From: Malacoraja senta | Taxonomy: Eukaryota | Assembly: GCA_038087875.1 (NCBI GenBank) | Contig: CM075995.1 | Span: 3,288,001-3,352,000, forward strand | Direction of reading: 5' to 3' | Length of the DNA stretch: 64,000 nt | Program-made: the position numbers and the translations under genes | Notes under the pieces: generated by a model | What the model saw: only the letters and a program-made list of their open reading frames with translations | Told to the model about the DNA's origin: nothing | Databases searched by the model: none | Shown: piece by piece, positions 49,979 to 61,694 of the stretch | Numbering within the stretch: the stretch's first letter is position 1 | How the letters are laid out: every line of letters starts with the position of its first letter

Positions 49979-50560
49979 TGATAGGAAGGAACTGCAGATG
50001 CTGGTTTACACTGAAGATAGACACAAAATGCTGGAGTAAGTTAGTGGGACAGGCAGCATCTCTGGAGAGTAGGAATGGGTGTCGTTTCTGGTCGAGACCC
50101 TTCTTCGGACTTGATCCGAAACATCACCCATTCCTTTTCTCCAGCAATCCTGCCTGTCCTGCTGAGTTACTCCAGCATTTTGCATCTATCTTTGGTGTAA
50201 ACCAGCATCAGCAGTTCCTTCCTAAGCATCCATCAGGGGCTGGGTTAAAGTTTAGTTTAGTTTATTGCCACGTGTACATAGGTACAGTGAAAAGCTTTTG
50301 TTGCGTGCTAACCAGTCAGCGGAAGGACAATATATGATTACAATCGAGCCATGTCGGCTGTGGTTTAGTTAGTTTCAGTGTTGATTTTGAGCATCGTGGG
50401 TTTTGGGTTCAAGGCCATCCCCAGGTCTTTTGAAAACAAAAATCATGGCTTTGGATACAACTTTAAGCCAGGGTTTCACCAATCTTCTCAAGGTCATACA
50501 AGCTCTCATTGTGCTATACAAATAGTTTCCTGGACCATGTCTGTAGAGGTCGGCTATTGA

Positions 50561-50886
50561 CGGCACGGTGGCGCAGCGGTAAAGTTGCTGCCTTACAGCG
50601 CTTGCAGCACCAGAGACCTGGATTCGATGCCGACCGCTGGTGCTGTCTGTGCGGAGTTTGTACGTTCTCCCCGCGACCGCGTGGGTTTTCTCCGAAATCT
50701 TTGGTTTCTTCCTACACTCCAAAGCCATACAGGTATGTAAATTAATTGGCTTGGTGTAAGTGTAAATTATCCCCAGTGTATGTAGGATAGTGTTAATGTG
50801 CGGGGATCGCTGGTCGGCATGGACTCACTGGGCTGGGCCGAAGGGCCTGTTTCCGCGCAGTATCTCTAAACTAAACAAAACTAAAC
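50561..50886 (+). mobile_element. HE1-like SINE, full length
   Basis: CGGCACGGTGGCGCAGCGG A box, GATTCGATGCC B box, TAAAC tail. Confidence 0.88.
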
Positions 50887-51145
50887 AGCGCTACCACACA
50901 AACCTCAAAGGTCTACTCTCTGAGAGCCAACTTTGTTTCTCTCTCCACATGTGATGTCTGGCTTGTCCCCTCTACTGTTTTAATTTCCCAAGCCCATGAG
51001 ATGGTGTGAACTGTGCTGGGATCATCAAAGGCTCTAAATCCAACTTTATCTTCCTTTTTGTATCAAGTCCTTGATGGCGAACAGCAGGGAGCCTTGGCAG
51101 TGTTGCCCAGATACCCAAAATAAATAATATCCATCTCAGTAGTTC

Positions 51146-51898
51146 TGTAAATTGCTCGTTCTAAGCTTCCCCCCAGTCTAGTTTCAGTCAAAAATCACTT
51201 GAGCATCTGAACTTTATTTTGACAAAACACAATTACAGTTCAGCTACTATACCTAACCCCCGCGGGTTCAATTCTCGTATCTGCATGATCAAGCCGTCTA
51301 GGCCTCGCTCAAATAGAGACATTCCAGAAGGTGACGCAGTCCCAAGCGCTCTCCCAGAAGATCGACGCAGGACCTCTTGGCAGCAGACTTTTATAGGTCC
51401 CCGGATCTCGAGGGGCCGAACCACATGTTGGTGGTCTCTTTACGATCCAATTACAGATATCGATTAGCCCCATACATGACAGACATTTCCCTAACCCAAT
51501 AATACAGTGGCTAATACATTGTATTCAAACAGTGTTTCTCGGAGGAAACGGACATTGCAACATTTTCCCTGATATGCAAGAAAACCAGACAAGCTCAATA
51601 CCACATCCAATCAACATTCAGCAAAGTAAAGCTTTGCAACATTATGTACAATTATTTACAAAGTCTGGTTTGCATTCATCCTATCCATTCTATTGATTTT
51701 GCACCTAATTGTCAGGGTCTGCAGATGTTCCCATTCTCTTCCTGCATCTCTGATCTAGGCTCTAGACAAACTGGCACCATTCTGCAGCTTGTCCCATTTC
51801 TACAGAAAGCACTTTTAAATTGACCAAATGGCCTAGCAGCCCTGAAGCCTTTACTCAATTTTAAGGTCCTGGCCTCCCCAATTTGACCAGGATTAACA
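51146..51898 (-). mobile_element. Solo LTR (753 bp), related to 17722-18487
   Basis: TGTAAAT...ATTAACA termini. Shared blocks such as TCAGTCAAAA, ACGCAGTCCCAAGCGC and TTTATAGGTCC. Flanks GTTC / TTTC (4-bp TSD with one mismatch). Confidence 0.82.
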
Positions 51899-53402
51899 TT
51901 TCGTGAGAATGAATAAGATTCTGATGAACAATTCCTGAAAGGTCTGGTGTATTCAATACTGATGTATTCAAGAGAGAGTTCGATTTAGCTCTTGGGGGTA
52001 ACAGAATCAAGGGATATGAGGAGAAAGCAGGAACAGGGTACCGATTTTGGATGATCAACCATGATCATATAGAATGGCGATGCTGGCTCGAAAGGCCGAA
52101 TGGCCTATTCCTGCACCTATTTCCTATGTTTCTATGTTTCTAGCTCACCAAACCCCTCGCCAGTGGAGTTGTCCATGCATACAATGTGCCAGTGCTCCGT
52201 TGAAGCCTGGAAGTTTGCAACGTGAGGAGTCTCAGTGACAACTGATTTACCTGATGATGGGTCAGCAAGAACTGAACATGAAACAGTGGATTAAGTCGCA
52301 AGGTACAACACATTGGTTTTGAGCAGGTCATGAGCCCAACATTCTTGCATGACAATGGCCATTCTTAGCTCTGATTGGAAGGAACCTGGATATTGTCTGG
52401 ATTAACGAGGGTTAGCTATAAAGTGAAGGGGCGGCACAGTGGTGCAGCGGCAGAGTTGCTGCCTTTAGAATGCCAGAGGCTCAGGTTCGATCCTGACCAG
52501 GGGTGCTTACTGTACAGAGTTTGCATGTTCATAAGTTCACAAGTTATAGGAGTAGAATTAGGCTATTCGGCCCATTGAGTCTACTCTGCCATTCAACCAT
52601 GGCTGATCTCTGCCACCTAATCCCATTTTCCTGCCTTCTCCCCATAACCCTTGACACCCATTCTAATCAAGAACCTGTCTATCCCTGCCTTAAAAATACC
52701 TACTGGCAAGGCCTCCACAGCCCTCTGTGGCAATGAGTTCCACTACCCTCTGACCAAAGAAATTCCTCCTCACCTCCTTTCTAAAAGTGCGACCTTTAAT
52801 TCTGAGGCTATGACCTCTGGTCCTAGACTCCCCCACCAGTGGAAACATCCTTTCCACATCCACTCTATGCCTTTCATTAATCGATAAGTTTCAATGATGT
52901 CCTCTCTCAACCTTCTAAACTCCAGCGAGTAGAGGCCCAGTGCTGTCAAATGCTCATCATATGCTAACCCACTCATTCCTTGAATCATTCTTGTAAACCT
53001 CCTCTGGACCCTCTCCAGAGCCAACACATCCTTCCTCAGATTTGGGGCTCAAATTTATTCACAGTACTCCAAATGTGGCCTGACCAACGCCTTATAGAGC
53101 CTCAGCATTACATCTCTGTTTTTGTATTCCAGTCCTCTTGATATAAATGCTAGCATTGAATTTGCCTTCCTTACTACCGATTCGACTTGCAAATTAACTT
53201 TTTGGGAGTCCTGCACCAGTACTCTGATTTCTGGCTTCTCTCTTCACATTATCCCTGTGGCTGCATGGGTTTTCTCAAGGGGTGCTCCAGTGTCCTCCCA
53301 CACTCTTTGTAAGGTAATTGGCTTCAGTAAAATTGTCCCTAGTGTGTAGGATATTATTAGTGTACGGGGATCATTGGTCGTCGCGGACTCAGTGGGCTGA
53401 TG

Positions 53403-54330
53403 ATCCTCCATGGCCAGAGCGAGCAACACCGGAAATTGGAGGAACAGCACCTCATATTCCGCTTGGGGAGTCTGCATTCTGGGGGCATGAACATTGAGTT
53501 CTCCCAATTCTGCTAGCCCTTGCTGTCTCCTCCCCTTCCTCAGCCCTCGGGCTGTCTCCTCCCATCCCTCAGCCCTCGGGCTCCTCCTCCGCCTTTTTCC
53601 TTTCTTCTCCCCACCCCCCATCAGTCTGAAGTAGGGTTTTGGCCCGAAACGTTGCCTATTTCCTTCGCTCCATAGATGCTGCTGCACCCGCTGAGTTTCT
53701 CCAGCATTTTTGTGTACCTTCGATTTCCCAGCATCTGCAGTTCCTTCTTAAACACTTTGTCTACTCCACTGCGAAATCTCCTCAAGGTATGCCTACTTTG
53801 AAGAAGTTCTCCTCCTCTCTCCGGAGACAGTTTCACAACCTCCTCTCTAACTGCCTCCCCTCTGTGATCCCCCCTCCCCTCCAACTCTACGACCACATCC
53901 TTACCCAAACTCGATACCTCCCGGTGGCTCAGCACTTCAACTCCCCCTCCCATTCCGTATCCGACCTCTCTGTCCTGGGTCTCCTCCATGGCCAGAGCGA
54001 GCAACACCGGAAATTGGAGGAACAGCACCTCATATTCCGCTTGGGGAGTCTGCATCCTGGGGGCATGAACATTGAATTCTCCCAATTCTGTTAGCCCTTG
54101 CTGTCTCCTCCCCTTCCTCAGCCCTCGGGCTGTCTCCTCCCATCCCTCAGCCCTCGGGCTCCTCCTCCGCCTTTTTTCCTTTCTTCTCCCCACCCCCCAT
54201 CAGTCTGAAGAAGGGTTTCGGCCCGAAACGTTGCCTATTTCCTTCGCTCCATAGATGCTGCTGCACCCGCTGAGTTTCTCCAGCATTTTTGTGTACCTTC
54301 GATTTTCCAGCATCTGCAGTTCCTTCTTTA
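53403..54330 (+). mobile_element. Internally deleted Penelope-like element with two direct terminal repeats (pLTRs)
   Basis: 53403-53750 is repeated at about 53982-54330 (offset 579). Between them, a putative ORF start MPTLKKFSSSLRRQF... is fused in frame to the GIY-YIG end LPVAQHFNSPSH...LEEQHLIFRLGSL. Confidence 0.9.
54201..54236 (+). ncRNA. Minimal type I hammerhead ribozyme core in a Penelope pLTR (representative copy)
   Basis: CUGAAGA, stem II GGGU-UUCG-GCCC, GAAAC, GUU. Palindromic AACGUU helix III. Helix I is very weak. Confidence 0.65.
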
Positions 54331-56269
54331 ACAGCTATGTAAGTTAATTGGCTTGGTAAATGTAAAAAAATGTCCCTAGTTTGTGTAGGATAGTGTTAAT
54401 GTGCGGGGATCGCTGGTCGGTGCGGACTCGGTGGGCCGAAGGGCCTGTTTCGGCGCTGTATTTCTAAACTAAACTGAGTTAAAGTCTAAAGTCTAAAGTG
54501 ATGTTGTGCAAACTTGGATTGTTTTCTATGCTGTGTCAGAGGCTCAGGTAAAACCTGAAAAAAAGTTTGTAAAGTTATAGAGTATTTTTCCCAGCATGAA
54601 AATGACAAATACCAGAGAGCACAAAATGTTAGAGTATCTCAGCGGATCATGCAGCGTCTCTGGATAACATGGTTCGGTGATTTTTCGAGTCAGGACACCT
54701 GGAATACCAGAGGGCATAATTTTAAAGTGAGAAAGAGAAAGTTTAAAAGGATTTAGGAAGCATGTTGTTTTTACATAGAGTAGATAGATGCAACCAGAGA
54801 CACTTCAGAGACATTTAGACATGCACATGAACGTTCAGCAGATGGAGGGATATAGATCATGTGCAGGCAGATGGGATTAGTTTTGTTTGATGTCGTGGTC
54901 TTTTTGACACAGAGAGTTGTGAATGTGTGGAATCCTCTGTCACAGCAGGCAGTGGAGGCCAAGTCACTGGATGTATTCAAGAGAGAGTTGGATTTAGCTC
55001 TTAGGGCTAATGGAATCAAGGGATATGAGGGGAAAGCAGGAACGGGGCACTGATTCTGGATGATCAGCCATGATCATATTGAATGGCGGTGTTGGCTTGA
55101 AGGGCCGAATGGCCAACTCCTGCACCTATGTTTCTATGTTTCTATGTTCTAATGTTTCTATGGTCAGCACGGCATTGCGGGCCGAACGGCCTGTTCCTGT
55201 GTTGCACTTTTCTATGTTCTATGACTGGACTGGCCCAAGGCTAGTTGCCAGTGCAGAAGTACTCCAGAGCACCATTCAGCAGGCTGACAAAGAATGGCAT
55301 AGTGCTAGCCATGTTTTCCTCTGCTTCTTCCAGTCATATCCCTAAGCTCCAGCAGTAGAATTAAGCCATTAGTCTGTTCCGCCATTCAATCATGGCTGAT
55401 CTATTTTTTCCACTCAACCTCATTCTTCTGTCTTCTCCCCATATCCCCTATCACCCGTACTAATCAAGAAGTCATTATCTGGTTGCAAGAATCTTAACAG
55501 TGGGATAAAAATTCTGCACTAAACGTTACTGCTGGAAACATTAGACTTGCCGCAAGACTCTTGGCAACCATTGCCATGACAAATGAAGTTGGCAAATATC
55601 TGAGCCAGTAATTAAATCACAGCACCAGCTTCTGGAAATGTGTCCCTTGTCCGCAGAATTTACAGAGCACAGGAAGATTGCTGACATCTAATTTCCAGAA
55701 CCAACTCCTGAAACCTAGGATCGTTCACAAATGGACGACTTTCACCAAAGTTTTTATTTTTAGAGATACAGAGCAGAAACTGACCCCTCTTCCCACCGAG
55801 TCCGCACTGACCAGCGACCCTGCACAATGATACTATCCTACATACACTTGGGACAATTGTACAATTATGCCAATGAACCTGCAAACCTGTACGTCTTTGG
55901 ACTGTGGGAGGAAACCGAAGATCTCGGAGAAAACCCACGCGGTCACGGGGAGAATGAATTAACTCCGTACAGACAGCACCCGTAGTCAGGATCGAACCCG
56001 GGTCTCCAGCGCTGCAAGTGCTGTAAGGCAGCAACTCTACCGCTACGTCTCTGTGGCCGTCCAAGTTCTGATTTATTATAATTTCTGATGCTTTATTCCA
56101 ATTTCTGCTTTAGCGTTGGCTTATGAGCAGACAAACATTATATTTCTTGATTGAAGTCTTCATTTACTTACTTACTACAACACAGAGGGAGGACAATAAG
56201 TCCATGGCATCTGTGCTAGCTCCCAGCACAGCAATCCCTTCAGACATGTGACAATAAACTAAACTAAAC

Positions 56270-56692
56270 TTCTTAGGCCCCCTTCGGTCGTTGCTGACCA
56301 TGGGTGTCTCCAGGGTGCTATTCCCTATATGGAGGACGCCTGTGCATGACTTTGTTTAACGCGGGGAGACTGGTGCACAGCAGCCACCCCACAGTCCTTG
56401 ACAGATATGGGTCAGGATCCAGTGGCATGGAGTCCAAAACGATCAGAGACCCTTTTCTGCTGCAGCCTTCATCCGCATTCTCAGCCGTTGTGACGCTCCA
56501 CTAAGGTCAGCCATCGTCCTCCGCCTGTTCCACCGTTAAGGTCTTGGTTGGATTGCTCTTTGTCAGAGACCTCCCCCTCAACCTTACCGCCATGGGTGGC
56601 CCTACCAGGAGCATAGCTCCAGATGGCATCGCCCTCAGGGTCTCAGGTCAACACAAGCTTCTCCACCACGACAAGGTGACAATCCACGGAGA
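56270..56692 (-). mobile_element. Short non-autonomous RTE-derived element inserted in a (TAAAC)n tract
   Basis: RTE/BovB-like 5' UTR homologous to 29091-29445, joined to a short 3' end finishing CCTAAGAAG. (TAAAC)n on both sides. Confidence 0.75.
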
Positions 56693-59118
56693 AACTAAAC
56701 TAAACTAAACTAAACTAAACTAAACTAAACTAAAACTAAATCTATTCCCAATCACCTTATCTCTCTGTGGCACCAAGACTTGTTCTCTCATAAGGTCATA
56801 AGTGATAGGAGTAGAATTATGCCATTCGACCCATCAAGTCTACTCCACCATTCAATCATGGCTGATCTATCTCTCCCTGCTCACCCCATTCTCCTGCCTT
56901 CTCCCCATAACCACTGACACCGGTACTAATCAAGAATCTACCTATCTCTGCCTTAAAAATATCCACTGACTTGGCCTCCACAGCCTTCTGTGGCAAAGAA
57001 ATATAATGTTTGTCTGCTCATATGTTGTTCGATAAGCCAACGCTAAAGCAAAAATTAGATTAAAACATCAGAATGATAATAAATTACCAGAATTTGGGCG
57101 GCTACGGTGAGGCAGCGGTAGAGTTGCTGTCTTACAGCACTTGCAGCGCCAGAGACCCGGGTTCGATCCCGACTACGGGTGCTGTCTGTTTTGTACGTTC
57201 TCCCCATGACCTGCGTGGGTTTTCTCCGAGATCTTCGGTTTCCTTGCACACTCCAAAGACGTACAGGTTTGTAGTTCAATTGGCTTGGTAAATGTAAAAA
57301 ATTGTCCTTAGTGTGTGTATGTGCAGGGATAGCAGGTCAGCGCTGAGCCAGTGGGCCGAAGGGCCTGTTTCCGTGCTGTATCTCTAAAACTAAAACTAAA
57401 AACGAAGGAGCTACTGTGTAAGGACTGAGTTTGTACATTTTACTGGGTTGGGTTTCTCTGCCACAGAAGAAAACCTTCTAACATCATCCTGGCCATTTTG
57501 TACAGGAACTATTTCTTGTTCTCAGATATCTGGAGTTCAAGCGAGAGAAATGTGGTCAGACTAGGTACAGAGTAAGTACTAAATAGGTGGCACGTTTGCA
57601 CAATGGTAGAGTTGCTGCCTTACGGCGCCAGAAACCCGGGTTCGATCCTGACTATGTGTGCTGTCTGTAAGGAGTTTGTATGTTCTCCCGCGTGACCTGT
57701 GTGGGTTTTCCCCGTGTGCTCTTGTCTCCACCCACACTCCAAAGACATACCGATTTATAGGTTAATTGGCTTTGGTAAAATTGTAAATTGTCCCTAGTGT
57801 GTAGGATCGTGCTAGTGTACACCGGGGTGATCGCTGGTCAGCGTGGATTCGGTAGGCCGCAGGGCCTGTCTTTGTGCTTAGAGGTAAACCTGTAAAACTT
57901 TATCTCTAAAACATGAAAATTCCACCAGGACAGCATCCAGGATCGGGGTCAAACAAGGTCACATGATATATAAGTACCGGGTTTGTACATTTTAATGGCT
58001 GCCTTCCTTGTTACGGAAGAAAATCCTCTTATATCATCTTGGCCATTTTGTACAGGATCTATTTCTTGTTCTCAGATATCTGGAGTTCAAGTTCATCAGT
58101 TCATAATTGATGGGAGCAGAATTAGCACATTCGGCCCATCAAGTCTACTCTGCCATTGTAGTCTATCTCTCCCTCTCCCTCTCAATCCCTTTCCCCTGCC
58201 TTTTCCCCATAACCCCTGACACCTGTACTAATCAAGAATCTATCCATCTCTGCCTTAAAAAATATCCATTGACTTAGCCTCTGCGACCTTCCTTGTCAAT
58301 GGATTCCACAGATTCACCACCCAAGCAAGTGACTAAGTTCATAACCCAAGAAATGAACTTTTACATGTGCATGCATATATTTCAATTGTTTTATTTTTAG
58401 TGTTCTTCAGCATTGCTTTGGTTGGCATGTGGCCTATACTATCTGGCACAAAGCTAAATGATTCAGAACTGTGCCAATTAAGTTCTGTGGAGAACCTCAG
58501 TCAGATCCAGTTAAAGAGAGTTTTCTGAACGATTTGAGAGTTTCCAGTAGGAGAGTTGGCTCCAGTCAACCAGCCTTGACTGCCAGTTAAACCTTTTGAT
58601 ATTTGGCCGGTGCTTGGCACTCCCCAGTCAGTTTTTAATTTTGTTTAATGTATGAAAATCAAGTGGGATATTGCATTTAAAAAGGGCTTCGCACCTGAGG
58701 GAGCGCTCACTGGCAGGTAGACTGGAGGTCATTGTGTTTTTTTTCCTCTTTGGTTCAGTATAACGGGGTGAACAAACTCTTCAAAAGAATCAGTAGGTAT
58801 TGAAGTTGCGCATCAAAGAGAAGCTCTGAATTCATGGGCAGAAGATCAGAGAGCGGGAGAATCTGAATGAATTAATAATTGCATTGAAGTACCTGTTCGC
58901 AAGTCATCACCAAATAACTGGATTTGAATTGGAGCAAACTGAGTGAATAACAAATCTCCTCCACTTTCCTGTTTCCTTCAGTCTCTTCGCTTCCCATTTC
59001 CTCTGCTCTCCTCATGTGCCTCTCCTCTCTCCACCTTGTCTCTCCTCTCCTCCGCACCACTCTCCTCTCCTTCCTTCCCAATCTTCCCCTCCTATCCGTC
59101 CTCTCTTCCAATCAATAG

Positions 59119-59903
59119 TTGAAAAGGTATTGTGAAAGTGTTTAAAGATTAAGGATCTGGTAGAATTTAAGACTGCACAAATAATTTATAAAGCAAAAAA
59201 TAAACTGCTACCTGTAAACATACAAAAACTGTTCCGAGACAGAGAGGGGGGTTATAACTTTAGAGGGAAACTAATCTTGAAACAGCATTATGCTCGGACC
59301 AATTTAAAAAGTATGTGTATTTCCATTTGTGGGGTGGTTTTGTGGAATGGTCTTGATGAAACGATTAAACAAAGTATGAATATAATGCAATTAAAAAAAT
59401 GTACAAAAGATATATCTTTGAAAAGTACAGTAATGAGGAAGGAGAATGTAAATCTCACAGATGTTAAAGGTGCTTGTTCTTTTTGTTCTTTTCTTTTTTT
59501 TGTTCTTTTTTCTTAATAGCTTGATTGGAGTAGTTTTAATTGAATTGTCTGTTTAGTTTATTTTATTGAATTTTGCATTTGTTAATGGTGAAGAATGGGG
59601 GTAGGACTGGACAAGCATAGGCTTCTTCCTATCCCTTTTCGAACGAGTCTAATGTGTATTATGTTGAAATTGGCTTTTGATTTTTTAATTTATGTATGTA
59701 CATATATGTTATGTATATGTGTATGTGTGTATATGTGTATATGTATGTATGTATATATGTACATGTATATGTATGTATGTGTGTATGTATTTATGTATAT
59801 ATATATGTATATATATAATTTTCCTTTATTTATTATTCATTTTCATCTTTTCTTTTCTTTTTTTAATCGTTCGTTCGAAATAAAAAAGATATCAAAAAGA
59901 TAT
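59119..59903 (+). mobile_element. L2/Crack-group LINE 3' fragment
   Basis: LKIKDLVEFKTAQIIYKAKNKLLP.NIQKLF...CISICGVVLWNGL. AT-rich 3' UTR ending TTCGAAATAAA. 10-bp TSD CAATCAATAG (59109-59118 and 59904-59913). Confidence 0.78.
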
Positions 59904-59994
59904 CAATCAATAGATAGTGAGGGGAAATTGATTAGCAAAGCACACCAAAAAACAATGTTGAAAATATTAACACAATTATATAGTTTAGAGAGTA

Positions 59995-60863
59995 ATGCCC
60001 CTGTCCCAATTAGGAAACCTGAACGGAAACCTCTGGAGACCTTGCGCCCTACCCAAGGTTTCCGTGAGGTTCCCGGAGGTTTTGGTCACTTTCCCTAATG
60101 GTGGAAAGTGGTTTCCGCATAGTCGAGGCTTCTTCTATGTTCCTGCGATTATTTTAAAAAACCAAAAAACGGCCTAGACTAAAAATAGGTTGCCGTTTGG
60201 TCGAAGTCAGTGGAGTGGGGTTGCTATTTACTTACAGGCAGTCTAAGGCAATCTCCTTCGCTGACTGGCCATTTTGATTGGCTCATTGGAATTTTCAGCA
60301 AAGATCCTGTAGGATCTTTGGGGTTCTGGACCTAGAAGATCCACCGGAAGGTAAAATGCCCGCTAACTTTATTAAGCTTCTTATAACTGTCTCCACTCCT
60401 TCTCCCCCCCCCTTCTCTCCCCTTCTCTCCCCTTCTCCCCCCTTCTCCCCCCTTCTCTCCCCTTCTCTCTCCTCTCCCCATCACCCCCCTTCTCTCTCCC
60501 CTGCTCTCCCCTTCTCTTCCCCTTCTCTCTCCCATTCTCTGTCCTTCTCTCCCTCCCTCCCGCGCTCTCTAAAGGACTTACTTTGCTCTGTGGCAGCCGT
60601 TTACCTTCCTCTTCATCGCTCAGACAACGCTCCTCCGCTGTCCCTGCCCCCACCTTCGCAATGTGTTTGTGTGTGTGTGTGTGTGAGTGTGTGCGGTCGG
60701 TAGCAAAGATCCTGTAGGATCTTTGGTCAGTAGATGCAGCTCACGCTTCGGTCGAGGCTTTCCAGGCGAGTGACCAAAACCTCTGGCGACTCGTGGAAAC
60801 CTTGGGTGGGCAGCAAGGTCTCCAGAGGTTTCCGTTCAGGTTTCCTAAGTGGGACAGGGGCAT
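59995..60863. mobile_element. MITE with about 95-bp TIRs (PIF/Harbinger-like, tentative)
   Basis: ATGCCCCTGTCCCA.TTAGGAAACCTGAACGGAAACCTCTGGAGACCTTGC... is inverted at about 60768-60863. Flanked by TA on both sides. Splits the tail of an HE1 SINE. Confidence 0.85.
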
Positions 60864-61216
60864 TACAGCTTGGAAACAGGCCCATCGACCCATCAAGTCC
60901 ATTCCGATCATTCATCACCCGTTCGCACTAGTTCTATGTTATCCCACTTTCTCATCCACTCCCTACACACCAGGGGCAATTTACAAAGGGCAATTAACCT
61001 ACAAACCTGCATGATGTGGGAGGAAACCGAAGCACCCGGGGGAAACCCAAGCGGTCATAAACTCCACACAGACAGCACCCATAGTCAGAATCGAACTCGA
61101 GTCTCTGGCGCTGTGAGGCTAAGCAATTTGGGCCTGAATTCCTTGGAGCTTAGAAGAATGAGGGGTGATTTCATTCAAATATCATAAAGATCCTAAGGGG
61201 ACTATACCGAAGATAG

Positions 61217-61694
61217 ATGTGAGAGCGCTAATAGCACTTAGGTGGTGGTAGAATTAGCAAGTTACATGGAGCATACATGGAACTTGACAGGGGTCGCAAC
61301 GTGAATGCTTCTACAATGACCCCCTATGAACAGACTACTCTGATCTCTACTATGAACAGACTAGCCACTGTCCCTATTTCCATCAAGATGGGCATACCAG
61401 CAGCAGAGCGCTTAGCACCAGGTGCTGATGAACACTGGCTGAATTGGAGATGTCTCAACCAACTGCGAACTGGGGTCGGGCGGTAAAGGGTGACAATGCA
61501 CAAATGGGGCTACATTGAGGGTACAACAACCTGTGACTGTGGCACACAGACCCAGACATTGCAACACCTACTGCAATGCCCGTTGCTGGATAATCCATGT
61601 ACTACTGCAGACCTTGCACTTATCACTCCAATAGCGCAATGATGGGTACAGCAGTGGCGAGCCACTATATAGCATAAGGACACGAAAGACGAAG
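61217..61694 (+). mobile_element. Vingi/Ingi-clade LINE 3' fragment
   Basis: WRCLNQLRTGVGR*..MHKWGY...CDCG..TQTLQHLLQCP. GAAAGACGAAG tail. 11-bp TSD ACCGAAGATAG (61206-61216 and 61695-61705). Confidence 0.8.

Noticed and set aside
49792..49985. 8-bp inverted match CCTATCAA / TTGATAGG around the ribozyme element, read as DNA-transposon TIRs
   Set aside because: Partly contributed by the flanking Penelope termini, no TSD, and the simple-repeat tail favours a retroposon.
58740..58945. Possible micro-exons (plus strand YNGVNKLFKRIS after a polypyrimidine/AG; minus strand FAPIQIQLFGDDLRT between AG and GT)
   Set aside because: Too short, no recognisable homology, on opposite strands, and no consistent exon chain. 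RNA-seq would be needed.
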